This document shows positions 31,474-42,359 of a stretch of 64,000 nucleotides of DNA, in pieces. This DNA is from an uncultured Alphaproteobacteria bacterium (GTDB lineage: Bacteria; Pseudomonadota; Alphaproteobacteria; SP197). The DNA lies in the NCBI GenBank assembly GCA_943787175.1, contig CALSLK010000015.1, positions 76,788 through 140,787 on the forward strand, in the 5' to 3' direction. The position numbers and the translations under genes are program-made. Within the stretch, counting starts at the first letter, position 1. Every line of letters begins with the position of its first letter. The notes beneath the pieces are model-generated. The model was given only the letters and a program-made list of their open reading frames with translations, did not search any database and was not told the DNA's origin.

Positions 31474-32247
31474 TCAATCTTCCAGTTCGCACCAGATCGG
31501 TGTGTGGTCGGATGCTTTTTCCTGTGCGCGCGGCCCTCTGTCGATCTCGCAGGCCGTCAGGCGGTCTGCGGCCAGCGGCGAGAGCAAAAGGTGATCGATG
31601 CGTACGCCCAGGTCACGCTGCCAGGCGCCACCCTGATAGTCCCAGAAGGACCAGGCGCGCTGTTCGTGCGGGTGGAGCGTGCGAAACGCCTCGGTGTAAC
31701 CAAGCCACAGCAGCTCACGGAAATGCGCGCGCGATTGCGGCAGGCACAGGGCGTCATCGGCCCAGCCTATGGGGTCATGAACGTCGGCATCGGTCGGGCA
31801 TACGTTGTAATCGCCGCCTAGAACAACGACCTCGTCGTGCTCGAGCAGCTCACGTGCGTGGTCAACCAGCCTGCGCATCCAGGCAAGCTTGTAGTCGTAT
31901 TTGGGGCCTGGCGTTGGATTGCCGTTGGGCAGATAGATCGAGGCGACGCGCACACCGTTGGTAAAGGCCTCCAGGTAGCGGGCCTGTTCATCCTCGTCAT
32001 CGCCAGGCAGCACCTTGGTCTCGATTTCCATGGGAAACTTCGAGAGCACGGCCACACCGTTATAGGATTTCTGGCCGGCTACTGCGCAGTTGTAGCCCAG
32101 CTCCTCGATCTCCATGAACGGGAAGCCGTCTTCGACGGTCTTGAGCTCCTGCAGCAGGGCAACATCAGGCGCAGCTTCTTTCAGCCAGGCCACCACATTG
32201 GGCAGGCGCGCCTTGATCGAGTTCACATTCCAGGAAGCGATTTTCAT
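31474..32247 (-). CDS. xthA: exodeoxyribonuclease III
   Basis: 257 aa; MKIASWNVNSIKARL...WDYQGGAWQRDLGVRIDHLLLS...ASDHTPIWCELE. Confidence 0.9.
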   Translation of the reverse strand: MKIASWNVNSIKARLPNVVAWLKEAAPDVALLQELKTVEDGFPFMEIEELGYNCAVAGQKSYNGVAVLSKFPMEIETKVLPGDDEDEQARYLEAFTNGVRVASIYLPNGNPTPGPKYDYKLAWMRRLVDHARELLEHDEVVVLGGDYNVCPTDADVHDPIGWADDALCLPQSRAHFRELLWLGYTEAFRTLHPHEQRAWSFWDYQGGAWQRDLGVRIDHLLLSPLAADRLTACEIDRGPRAQEKASDHTPIWCELED

Positions 32248-32286
32248 GCCCGTGACGTTACAGAACGCGCGCAGACTAGGCCAGTG

Positions 32287-33009
32287 TCACCTTTGAACTT
32301 CGGTTTCGACATTCACTTCAACCTCACGCGGGATGACGATCGGCGACACTGCCCAGACCAGCACGGTTTCCCGGTCGGTCCTGTTGCGCCCTCGGTGGCG
32401 TCGGCGCGCATCAAAGCTGTAGCTGTCGCCTTCATAGAGCGTGATGACCTCTTCGCCCAAGGTCATTTCAAGCTCGCCCTTAATAACGACGCCATGCTCC
32501 TCTCCGTCATGGCGGTGCATGGGCGTGACAGGACGCTCGGCGCCCGGCGCATAAACCGCCATGCCCATGTAGAAACGCCCGCCGATGGTCGACGAAAGCA
32601 GGCTGTCGGAATAGCCCAGCTCCTGTGCCGAACTGCCATAAAGCGTGTTGAGGTTGCGTCGTGATCCCGCGCGCACGATGCATGCGCGCTCCTCGGGTCC
32701 TGCGCCGCGACGCGGAGCAAAGAACCAGCCCATGTCGACATCCAGGGCGTTGGCGATCGCCTGAAACATCTCGTGGGAGGGGTTACCGGCGTCGCGTTCG
32801 ATGACGCTGAGGTAACTTACGGAAATACCCGTCAACTCACTTAGTCGCTTGAGTGAAAGGCCGCGCGCCTTGCGCAGTTCGCGGATTTCCGACCCGGCTG
32901 AAGGAACTCTGACGGGATAGGGCGCTCGATCATCGTTCGAGGGAGTCGTGTTCAGCTTTGTAACGGACGAGTCGGGCATCTGGGTTCCATGGACAGTTAC
33001 GCGATCCAT
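32287..33009 (-). CDS. XRE-family HTH transcriptional regulator with C-terminal cupin domain
   Basis: HTH: IRELRKARGLSLKRLSELTGISVSYLSVIERDAGNPS. Cupin: MGMAVYAPGAERPVTPMHRHDGEEHGVVIKGELEM. The start may be an internal Met (MPDSSV). Confidence 0.8.
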   Translation of the reverse strand: MDRVTVHGTQMPDSSVTKLNTTPSNDDRAPYPVRVPSAGSEIRELRKARGLSLKRLSELTGISVSYLSVIERDAGNPSHEMFQAIANALDVDMGWFFAPRRGAGPEERACIVRAGSRRNLNTLYGSSAQELGYSDSLLSSTIGGRFYMGMAVYAPGAERPVTPMHRHDGEEHGVVIKGELEMTLGEEVITLYEGDSYSFDARRRHRGRNRTDRETVLVWAVSPIVIPREVEVNVETEVQR

Positions 33010-33183
33010 TCTGCCAGAGCTGTGGATGAGTGTCAGATTCTTCTTTCATAAATAGAAAAAATGACAATAATTCCTTTGGTGAATTTGGCTTGCAATGTGA
33101 TGCAGGCAAACTCAATATGAAAATATGAACTGAGAATTTCAGTTTTGGTTTCGGCTTCGGACATAACTTTTCCAACAATCGAC

Positions 33184-33199
33184 GTCCGCAGAGGCGGAC
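33184..33199. promoter_or_regulatory. perfect palindrome GTCCGC-agag-GCGGAC in AT-rich divergent promoter region
   Basis: 6-bp arms, 4-nt spacer, 25 nt upstream of the SBP start, within the ~215-nt AT-rich gap shared with the divergent XRE-cupin regulator. Confidence 0.3.
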
Positions 33200-33224
33200 G
33201 GTTTCTCAATTCCGGGAGGAAAAC

Positions 33225-34820
33225 GTGGACGTCAACAAGGACTTGGAACGACTCTGGTCTCTGGTGGAATCGCGCAACATGGATCGGCGTGATTTTGTCA
33301 GCGGTGCCATGGCGGCGGGCATCTCGGTTACAGCAGCAACGTCTTTCTGGGCGTCGCATGCAAAAGCGGATGGCCATCACGGCGGCCATGTCCGTATCGG
33401 TGCGGATGGCGGAGCTGCCATCGACACCTTCAATCCGCTACAGTCGATCGGCACCGACCACATCACGATGGCGATCCTGTCGCGCTTCGATACCCTTACC
33501 GAAACTGCGGCGGATGGTTCACCTGTCGGTAGCCTGGCGGAAAGCTGGGACACTTCGGCCGACGGCAAGACCTGGACATTCAAGCTGCGCGAAGCCGAGT
33601 TCCACAACGGCAAGACCGTGACGGCCGATGATGTGGTCTGGTCGCTCAAGCTCCAACAGAGCGATGACAACACCTATGCGGACGGCAAAACTCTGGCAAC
33701 CGGCCTGGAAGAGATTCGCGCCGACGGTCCCGACACCGTTGTTCTTGTGCAAAAAGAGGTCAACTTCGACCTGCCGTTCCACCTTTCCGGAGTCGGCCTT
33801 ATCATCGGCCCTGATGGAACAACCGATTGGGAGGCCGCGCCGGGGTCGGGTCCTTATGTGCTGGAGGAGTTCACGCCGGGCATCAACTTCATCGGCCGCA
33901 AGTATGAAAACTATTACCGCGAGGATGACGGCTTCTTCGATTCCGTCGAAATCCTGAACATCGAAGATCCGGCTTCCCGTGCAAGCGCACTTCTGGGCGG
34001 CTCGGCCGACGTGATCGCCCAGCCGGATGCACGTTCTGCAGGAATGCTGAATCAGACTGCGGGTTACAGCCTGCTCGAGGTGCCGGGCACGACGCATTAC
34101 ACGACCGCCATGCGAACTGACCTTGATCCCTTCACGGACAACAATCTACGCTTGGCAGTGAAGTACGGCATCAAACGTCAGGAGATCGTGGACAAGATTT
34201 TCGGTGGTTACGGTTATGTCGGCAACGACCACCCCATCGGGCGCAACCAGCAGTTCTTCAATACCGAACTGCCCCAGCGTGAATACGATACTGACAAGGC
34301 GACCTACTACCTTAAGCAGGCAGGGTTCGACAGCATCGACCTGACGCTGGATGCCAGCGACGGCGCTTTTGCCGGCTCTGTCGACATGGGCGTACTGATG
34401 GCCGAATCCATGCGCCCGACCGGCATCAACATGGACGTCAACCGTGTTCCCGGTGACGGTTACTGGTCAGATATCTGGCTCGTCGCGCCGTGGTGCTGCG
34501 TCTACTGGAACGGTCGTCCCACGGTCGACTGGATGCTTTCGGGCAGCTACGTCTCGACGTCCTCGTGGAACGACACCTATTTCAAGAACGAGCACTTCGA
34601 CGCCACGCTTGCTGCAGCACGCGGTGAACCCAATCAGGAACTCCGCAAGGAGATGTACTTCGAACTCCAGGAGATCCTGAACATGGAGGGTGGCACCACG
34701 GTCATAGCCTTTGCCAGCTCGCTGATCGGCGCTTCGGATGCCCTGGGCCACGGACCGGTCGGGGGTTCACGTCGCATGGATGACAGCCGCCTGTCGCGCC
34801 GCTGGTGGTTCAACGCCTGA
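33225..34820 (+). CDS. ABC transporter substrate-binding protein, family 5 (peptide/opine/nickel type), Tat signal
   Basis: 531 aa; twin-arginine motif DRRDFVSGAMAAG...ASHAKA; family-5 SBP body (W.F.LR.....NG..VTADDVV). No permease or ATPase genes adjacent. Confidence 0.85.
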   Translation: MDVNKDLERLWSLVESRNMDRRDFVSGAMAAGISVTAATSFWASHAKADGHHGGHVRIGADGGAAIDTFNPLQSIGTDHITMAILSRFDTLTETAADGSPVGSLAESWDTSADGKTWTFKLREAEFHNGKTVTADDVVWSLKLQQSDDNTYADGKTLATGLEEIRADGPDTVVLVQKEVNFDLPFHLSGVGLIIGPDGTTDWEAAPGSGPYVLEEFTPGINFIGRKYENYYREDDGFFDSVEILNIEDPASRASALLGGSADVIAQPDARSAGMLNQTAGYSLLEVPGTTHYTTAMRTDLDPFTDNNLRLAVKYGIKRQEIVDKIFGGYGYVGNDHPIGRNQQFFNTELPQREYDTDKATYYLKQAGFDSIDLTLDASDGAFAGSVDMGVLMAESMRPTGINMDVNRVPGDGYWSDIWLVAPWCCVYWNGRPTVDWMLSGSYVSTSSWNDTYFKNEHFDATLAAARGEPNQELRKEMYFELQEILNMEGGTTVIAFASSLIGASDALGHGPVGGSRRMDDSRLSRRWWFNA

Positions 34821-34920
34821 TTGATTGTTCTGTCGGTAATCTCGCCGACGGAGCAATATTGTTGAAGCCGGTGACCGCATTGTTCGGTCGCCGGCTTCCT
34901 TATGTCGGAGTGTCTCAGCG

Positions 34921-36906
34921 ATGGCGCAACCACAGCCCAAGTCTGTCCGAGGGATCGAGCATGTCTGGATTCCCATGTCTGACGGCACGCGATTGTCTGC
35001 GCGCATCTGGTTGCCTGCAGGGCCGGAGTCGGCTCCGGTTCCAGCCATTCTTGAATACATCCCCTACCGCAAGCGCGACATGGTGCGTGCGCGCGATGAG
35101 CGGAACCATCCGGTCTTTGCTGCTGCCGGATACGCCTGCCTGCGTGTTGACATGCGTGGTTCCGGCGATTCCGAGGGTCTGATGACCGACATGTATGGCC
35201 GTCACGAACTGGACGACGTCCTTGCCGTCATCGACTGGATTGCCGCACAGCCCTGGTGCGATGGCTCGGTCGGGATGATGGGTACGTCCTGGGGTGGCAC
35301 GGCCAGCATGCAGGCAGCTGCGCGTCGCCCCGAAGCCCTAAAGGCGATCCTCGCTGTCTGCGCCACCGACAACCGGTTTGATGACGATATCCATCACATG
35401 GGAGGCTGCCTGCTGACCGATACGGTGGAATGGGGGGCGACCCTGCCTGCGATCCTGGCTTCGCCGCCCGACCCTGAAACCGTCGGCGCAGCCTGGCGCG
35501 CTATGTGGATGGAGCGTCTGGACAACATAGCGTTCCCGCTGGAACAATGGATTGCTCACGAGACCCGAGATTCCTACTGGCGCAACGGTGCTGTCAACGA
35601 GGAACCCGGCGCGATTGCCTGCCCCATCCTTCTGGTAGGGGGCTGGTTCGATCGCTATAGCAACACGGTGATGAACCTGATGGCGCGCAGTCATGAACGT
35701 TGCTGGGGCATTATCGGTCCCTGGAGCCATCATTATCCCGATGTCGCCAGTCCGGGGCCGGGCATCGACTTCCAGGGCGAAGCAATCCGCTGGTGGGACC
35801 GCTGGCTCAAGGGCAGGGACACTGGGATTGACCGGGAGCCACGGTTGCGTGTCTGGATGCAGTCCTGGGACGCTCCCCGTGACCACATCGATCTGCGTTC
35901 CGGACAATGGGCAGGCTTCCAGAGCTGGGCTGATAGCCATCGGGAATTCTGGCTCACCGAAAGCGGACTTGTTGAAGAAAAGAGCGGTGAGGAGACCGTG
36001 GCCAGGGTTCCCTGGTCCCTGGCGGCTGGTGCTTCAGCAGGCGACACCGGCTATTTCGGGCGCACGGGCGGGCAACCCGGGCCCCAAGAAGATGACGGCA
36101 GTTCTCTGATCTTCGAATCCGAGCCGCTCATCGAATCTCTGGACCTGCTTGGCAGTCCGGCCATCACCCTGAAGGTTGAAAGCGATCAGCCTGTCGCGAC
36201 TCTGGTCGTGCGTCTGATTGATGTGCCGTCAAAAGGGGCGCCGGCGCGTGTGAGTTATGGTGTGGCAAATCTCGCCCAGACGGATCGCGGCACGACGGTC
36301 CGGTCCATGAAACCCGGAGAACCCCGCGCACTGGATCTGGTGCTTCACAACACTGCCTACCGGTTCGAACCCGGGCATCGTCTGCGGATTGCTGTTTCCA
36401 GCTCGTACTGGCCCATGATCTGGCCTTCGCCCCGGCCTGTGACTCTCGCCCTGCACCTGGGCGAGACGTGCCTGCGCCTCCCTCTGGCACCGGAACAGGA
36501 CTCTTCGGGGCGGCCGGTACTCTTTGACGGGCCCGTCCTGCGCGATCAATCGGACAGCTTCATCGCCCAAGCCCTGCCTGCCCTCGAGCGCGGAACCGAT
36601 GAGGGTGTGATCTGGTGGAACCAGCCTGCCATATGGACCGGGCTTGAGAAGATTGCGCTCGACTTCGGCTTTGAGACCAACGCCCGGCATAGCGTCCGGG
36701 GTGATGATCCTCTGAGCGCAGCAACACGGTTCGAACATCGGATGTATTTCCGCAGGGAAGGCCTGGAGATCGAGATTCGATGCTTCGCAAAGCTTGCCGC
36801 GACGTCCGCGCATTATCGGGTCGAAGGCCACTTGGCGGCATTCGAGAACGGCACCCGTGTTTTCGAGCGTTCATGGAACCCGGAGGTCCCGCGCACCTGC
36901 TCCTGA
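34921..36906 (+). CDS. CocE/NonD family alpha/beta hydrolase (X-Pro dipeptidyl-peptidase S15-like)
   Basis: 661 aa; IPMSDGTRLSARIWLP...ILEYIPYRKRD...GYACLRVDMRGSGDSEG...GTSWGG nucleophile-elbow and C-terminal beta-sandwich. Confidence 0.8.
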   Translation: MAQPQPKSVRGIEHVWIPMSDGTRLSARIWLPAGPESAPVPAILEYIPYRKRDMVRARDERNHPVFAAAGYACLRVDMRGSGDSEGLMTDMYGRHELDDVLAVIDWIAAQPWCDGSVGMMGTSWGGTASMQAAARRPEALKAILAVCATDNRFDDDIHHMGGCLLTDTVEWGATLPAILASPPDPETVGAAWRAMWMERLDNIAFPLEQWIAHETRDSYWRNGAVNEEPGAIACPILLVGGWFDRYSNTVMNLMARSHERCWGIIGPWSHHYPDVASPGPGIDFQGEAIRWWDRWLKGRDTGIDREPRLRVWMQSWDAPRDHIDLRSGQWAGFQSWADSHREFWLTESGLVEEKSGEETVARVPWSLAAGASAGDTGYFGRTGGQPGPQEDDGSSLIFESEPLIESLDLLGSPAITLKVESDQPVATLVVRLIDVPSKGAPARVSYGVANLAQTDRGTTVRSMKPGEPRALDLVLHNTAYRFEPGHRLRIAVSSSYWPMIWPSPRPVTLALHLGETCLRLPLAPEQDSSGRPVLFDGPVLRDQSDSFIAQALPALERGTDEGVIWWNQPAIWTGLEKIALDFGFETNARHSVRGDDPLSAATRFEHRMYFRREGLEIEIRCFAKLAATSAHYRVEGHLAAFENGTRVFERSWNPEVPRTCS

Positions 36907-36913
36907 AACCGGT

Positions 36914-37267
36914 TCAGATCGCGAACGACGTTCCGCAGCCGCAGGACGATGTGGCGTTCGGATTCTCCAGCGTGAAGTAGCTGCCTTCCAGATTCTGGAT
37001 GAACTGGAGGGTTGAGCCGTTCAGATACTGGAGCGAGATATCGTCGATCACGACCTTGGCACCGTCGACGATGATTTCGATATCGTCTTCTTCCGGGCCC
37101 TCATCGACCTTGAAATGATACTGGAAGCCTGAGCATCCGCCACCGGTTACGACAATGCGCAAGCGTCCTGCCCCGGGATCGCCATGTTCTGCGGCCATGA
37201 TCTGGCCGATGCGCACGGCGGCATCCTGTGTGACAATGATTCCGTCCTGGCTCGTCATATCGGTCAT
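36914..37267 (-). CDS. erpA: iron-sulfur cluster insertion protein ErpA (HesB/IscA family)
   Basis: 117 aa; GGGCSGFQY...CGCGTSF. Confidence 0.85.
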   Translation of the reverse strand: MTDMTSQDGIIVTQDAAVRIGQIMAAEHGDPGAGRLRIVVTGGGCSGFQYHFKVDEGPEEDDIEIIVDGAKVVIDDISLQYLNGSTLQFIQNLEGSYFTLENPNATSSCGCGTSFAI

Positions 37268-37372
37268 GATTTCTGGTACTCCATGCTTGCTAATGTAGGG
37301 ACGGCGATTGCCAAGTCAATTCACCAGAACGACAGATTGCCCCGGAGCACCGGAATCAATAGGTTCCGCGCC

Positions 37373-38520
37373 ATGACAGATGGATGCCTTGCACCTTATG
37401 CCTGCGACCCCGGCCAGAGCCGTGGCCGGCGCTTTGCCGAGCCGGAAAGCCAGAGCCGGTCTGTGTTTCAGCGAGATCGCGACCGGATCGTACACTGCCG
37501 CGCTTTCCGACGTCTGATGCACAAGACGCAGGTTTTCATCGCCACCGAGGGCGATCATTACCGCACAAGGCTGACGCACAGCCTTGAGGTTGCACAGGTT
37601 GCGCGGTCGGTCTCGCGCTCCCTCATGCTGAACGAAGACCTCGCTGAGGCGTTGGCGCTCGCCCACGATCTGGGCCACACACCGTTCGGCCATGCTGGTG
37701 AGGATGTGCTCGATGAAGCCATGGCACCGTGGGGCGGGTTCGATCACAACGTCCAGACCATGCGTATTCTGACCGAGCTTGAGACCCGCTATGCCGACTT
37801 CGACGGGCTTAATCTGACCTGGGAGACGCTTGAGGGCGTGGTCAAACACAACGGCCCCATCAGCCCTCCCGTGCCTACGGCCATTGCCGACTACAACCTT
37901 GTCCATGATCTCGAAGTCGATCACCTACGCGGGAGCAGAGGCCCAGGTTGCAGCCCTGGCTGACGATATTGCCTATCACAGCCACGATATTGATGATGGT
38001 TTGCGCGCCGGTCTCTTCACCCTGGAAGGGCTTCTTGAGGCACCATTGGCAGGCGATGCGGCCCGCGATGTCATGGCGCGTTACCCCGATATCGAGCTCG
38101 ACAGGCAGGTACAGGAAACCGTGCGGCGCATCATCAACCGGCTGGTTGGCGACCTGACCGAGGAATCACGCTTGAGGATTGCCGAAAGCGGGGTATGTTC
38201 GCCCGACGATGTGCGTTGGCATGGTTCGCCCGTGATTGCCTTCAGCCCACCCTATGGCTGAGGCCAATATGGCGCTGAAATCGTGGTTGTTTGCCAACAT
38301 GTACCATCATGAGCGCGTGACACAGGGCAGACGGGGCGCAACACAGATCGTGCGTGACCTGTTCGAACGGTTTCGTGCGGATGTCCGGCTGTTGCCACAG
38401 GAATGGCAGATTAGGCTGGGAGGGCGAAGCGAGACGGCCCGCATGCGGGTTTTGGCGGATTACATCGCGGGCATGACGGATCGTTTTGCTCAGGAAGAAC
38501 ATGAACGTGTGATGGCTTGA
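37373..38520 (+). pseudogene. dgt: dGTP triphosphohydrolase-like protein (dgt), two frame shifts (about 37930 and 38258)
   Basis: HD domain N-terminus ([17 protein letters not shown]...[11 protein letters not shown]...[14 protein letters not shown]) in one frame; continuation in two further frames ([26 protein letters not shown]...; ...RVLADYIAGMTDRFAQEEHERV). Confidence 0.75.
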
Positions 38521-38524
38521 AAAG

Positions 38525-40312
38525 ATGAATGTTTACAGTGAGTTCACAGATAAAATTCAAGCTGTGATCGAAGATATGAAGGCCGCTGGCGAGATCGCAG
38601 CAGAGGTCGATGTTTCACGTGTGCTGGCCGAGCCGCCGCGTGACGCAAGCCATGGCGACGTGGCAACCAATGCGGCTCTTGTACTCTCCAAGGCCGTCGG
38701 CATGAAGCCGCGCGACCTCGCGGAGTTGATCGTTCCCCGTATCGCTGCTGATGCCAATGTCACCAGTGCTGAAGTCGCAGGGCCAGGCTTCGTCAACATC
38801 CGGCTGTCGGATGACTTCTGGCGGGATCGTCTGCGCGAGCTTTTGAAAGCTGGCCCGGCGGCACTGATTCCAGACATCGGCAAAGGGCGCACTGCGAATG
38901 TCGAGTATGTCTCGGCCAATCCGACAGGCCCCTTCACGTCGGACACGCACGTGGGGCCGTCTATGGTGATGCCCTGGCAGCACTTCTCGAAGCGGTCGGA
39001 TATGATGTAACCCGTGAGTATTACGTCAACGATGCCGGCGCACAGGTCGATACACTGGCCTGGTCGGCTTTTCAGCGTTACCCCGGCAGGCCCTGGGCGA
39101 AACCGTCGGGCGAAGAGGAGTTCGAAGGTCTTTATTCCCGGTGATTACCTGATTGAAGTGGGTGAGACGCTTGCCCGTGAACATGGTTCATCCCTGAAGG
39201 ATGCGGTCGGCGACGCAGTGCGCGGAAATGGCGAATTACCGCAAGCGCTCGTTCCCGTGCGAGATTTCTCAATCAATGCGATGATGGACCTGATCCCGCT
39301 TCTGATCTGGCGCAGGTGGGGATCAAAACAGAACGTTTTCAGCTCTGAAAAACCAGATGGTGCAGTCTGGCGGCATTGAAGCCTGTCTGTCGTAAGTTGG
39401 AAGACAAGGGGTTGATCTACACCGGTGTTCTGGAGCCGCCCAAGGGCATGAAACCCGATGACTGGGAGCCCTTGCCCCAGACATTGTTCCGCTACGACCG
39501 ACTTTGGTGATGATCTCGACCGTCCGCTCAAGAAATCTGATCGGAAGCTGGACTTACTTCGCCCCCGACATTGCCTATCACAACAGCAAGGGTCGAGCGC
39601 GGTTTCGATCTGATGATCAACGTCTTTGGGTGCCGATCACGCCGGATACGTCAAACGCCTCAAAGCGTCCGTCGCTGCGCTCTCTGATGGCAAGGCCGAT
39701 TTCGATATCCTGCTGACCCAGCTCGTCAACCTGTTCGAAAACGGCGAACCGTTCCGTATGTCCAAGCGGGCAGGGCGTTTCATCACCCCTGCGCGATGTG
39801 GTCGATGCCGTGGGCAAGGACGTGGTTCGCTTCATTATGCTGACCCGCAAGGTCGAGGCACCACTCGATTTCGACCTGGTGAAGGTCAAGGAACAGTCCA
39901 AGGACAACCCGGTTTTCTATGTGCACTACGCCCATGCGCGGATTTGTTCGGTTCATGCGCAACGCCGGAGAAGCCGGGTTTGATGTTTCCGGGCTCGATT
40001 GTGCGGAACCTTTCCTATCTGAAGGATGAATCCGAAATTGCACTGATCCGGGCACTTGCGAGCTGGTCGCGTGTTGTCGAGGGAGCAGCGGAGTCGCATG
40101 AAGCTCACCGGATATCGAATTACCTTTATGAGGTCGCTTCGGAGTTCCACGGATTGTGGAACAAGGGACGGGATGATCCATCCCTGAGATTTCTTGTGGA
40201 GGGTCAGGCCGACCTGACACGTGCAAGGCTTGCGTTGATTGATGGTGTCAGGCAGGTGATAGCTGAAGGGTTACATCTGTTTGGCGTCGAGCCTATGGAG
40301 GAGATGCGCTGA
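38525..40312 (+). pseudogene. argS: arginyl-tRNA synthetase, at least five frame shifts
   Basis: N-terminal 140 aa (…[11 protein letters not shown]) and C-terminal 228 aa (…[13 protein letters not shown]..., DALYS-like anticodon-binding region ending EEMR) intact; middle part scattered across frames. Confidence 0.8.
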
Positions 40313-40314
40313 CC

Positions 40315-41356
40315 ATGCGGCGCGAACCAAAACTGTTTTCGGGGGCACCTGCTGCCCCTGAGCCGGATGCACCTGCCGCGCAGCTTGATGTCGCGCCGCA
40401 GCGTCCACCTGCGCCACCGCCACGCGCGCCCCAGCCAGAAGAGGAATCCGGCCGGACGCGTCGCCGATTCCCGTTTGTCTGGTTGATTGTTCTGTTGGTG
40501 CTGGCAGGTATTGGTTACGGAGGCTGGAAGGGTTACCAACTTCTTTGAGGGGACGCCGGCTGCTTCCGTGGAAGTTCCCCTGTTCACGGCTGATTCGGTG
40601 GCCTTCAAGACCGAGCCTGATGACCCTGGCGGCATGGAAGTCGACAATCAGGGAACGCTGATCCTCGAGGAAACCCTGACGGGTGAAGAGGCAGGCGACT
40701 TCGAAGTGCTGCTGCCTGAGCCCGAAGAGCCGTTGTCGGTGGAAATCGATACCAGCGATGGTGTGATCGATGTCGAAGCCGTTCCGGTCACATCAGACCC
40801 GATCTTTACCGCTGAAGAAGTAACAACGCTGGTTGATGAGGTTCTTGCTGAGGCCAATGCCCCCCCCGTGATCCCGATTCCGGGGTTCAAGCCGGAGCCG
40901 CCAGCAGAAGGCCCGCCAGAAGTCACGGAGCTGGCCGCAGTGGAAAGTGCTGATGCGGTCGCACCAGAAGCAGGTTCGGGCATGTCGTTTGATGACGTCG
41001 CGAGCTCACTGGGCTCGAGCAATGCAGTGGCCGTCGATGTTCCCGAGGCGGAAGTGGCCGATGGTCCGGTCGAAGAAGTGACGTCCGTTGCCGCTCTGCC
41101 CGAGACCGGTGGCGTCGTGCGTGTGCAGATTGCTGCCTATTCGTCGCGCGAAGCAGCTGATACGGCCTGGGCTCGTCTTTATCGCAACCACACGGACCTG
41201 CTGGAGAATCAGGAAGCTCTGATTATGGAAGCGGTTATCTCTGGAGCCTCGTTCTTCCGGCTGCAGGTTGGCGCCTATGACACCAAGGTTGGAGCAGACG
41301 CCTTGTGCGCTTCGCTCAAGCAACGCGATATCGATTGTCTTGTTGTAGGGCCCTGA
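40315..41356 (+). CDS. SPOR-domain membrane protein (cell-division associated), one frameshift near 40545
   Basis: N-terminal Pro-rich segment plus TM helix FVWLIVLLVLAGIGYGGW; acidic linker; C-terminal SPOR domain VVRVQIAAYSSREAADTAW...FFRLQVGAYDTKVGADALCASLK. Confidence 0.65.
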
Positions 41357-41360
41357 TCCA

Positions 41361-42359
41361 TTGGCCCGCGCACTGATCACGGACCTTGCAGGAACGACCC
41401 TGTGCGACGCAGAACGTGCGTTTCTGAAGAGCCACGATCCACTGGGTATTATCCTCTTTGCGCGAAACATTGAAAATACAAATCAACTATCTGATTTAAC
41501 AGAAGAGTTTCGCAACGCTGTTGGTCGTGCTGATGCACCTGTAATGATCGATCAGGAAGGTGGACGCATTGCCCGTCTGCGGGAGCCGCACTGGTGGTCC
41601 GGCATTGCTCCTTTCCGTCTTGGCCTGGCCGGTGAAGAAGCTGCATGGTTGGCGGGCCGGCTGCTTGCGCTCGACATGGCTGCGATTGGTGTCGATGTCG
41701 ATTGTGCGCCGTGTCTCGACCTGCGTGTGGCGGGTATGCACGACGTGATCGGTGATCGTGCCTTTGGTGAAACGCCGGAACGTGTCGTGCCCTGTGCACG
41801 GGCCTATGCCAGGGGACTTGAGGCCGGCGGCGTGCAGCCCATGATCAAACATCTTCCCGGCCATGGGCGTGTCGGCGTCGACCCTCACGATGTTCTCCCT
41901 GTCGCCGATGCCGATCTCGAGACGCTGAGAGAGGCCGATTTCAAGCCGTTCCAGGCGCTCAACGATCTTTCCTGGGGCATGACGGCCCATGTCGTCTATC
42001 GCGCCATCGATGGCGCACGCCCTGCAACACAGTCGCATGCCGTGATCCATGACGTTATCCGCGGCGAGATCGGCTTCGACGGCGTGCTGACCAGCGATGC
42101 CATCGACATGCAGGCCCTATCGGGCAGTCACCCGGAACGCGCGAAGCTCTCGCTTGATGCCGGTTGCGACATCGTGATGCACTGCAATCAGCCCTTGGAA
42201 ACGCGCATTGCCGTGGCAGATGTTGTCCCCGAGCTCTCCGGCGACGCGCTGCGTCGGGTCAATGCTGCCCTGGCGCGCAAGACGGCTCCTGAGGGCGGAT
42301 TTGACAAGGCAGAGGCACTGTCTCGCCTTGAGCACCTGCTTGAAAGCGCAGGCGTATGA
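41361..42359 (+). CDS. nagZ: beta-N-acetylhexosaminidase
   Basis: 332 aa GH3 N-domain; MIDQEGGRIARL, KHLPGHGRVGVDPHD. Confidence 0.85.
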   Translation: MARALITDLAGTTLCDAERAFLKSHDPLGIILFARNIENTNQLSDLTEEFRNAVGRADAPVMIDQEGGRIARLREPHWWSGIAPFRLGLAGEEAAWLAGRLLALDMAAIGVDVDCAPCLDLRVAGMHDVIGDRAFGETPERVVPCARAYARGLEAGGVQPMIKHLPGHGRVGVDPHDVLPVADADLETLREADFKPFQALNDLSWGMTAHVVYRAIDGARPATQSHAVIHDVIRGEIGFDGVLTSDAIDMQALSGSHPERAKLSLDAGCDIVMHCNQPLETRIAVADVVPELSGDALRRVNAALARKTAPEGGFDKAEALSRLEHLLESAGV

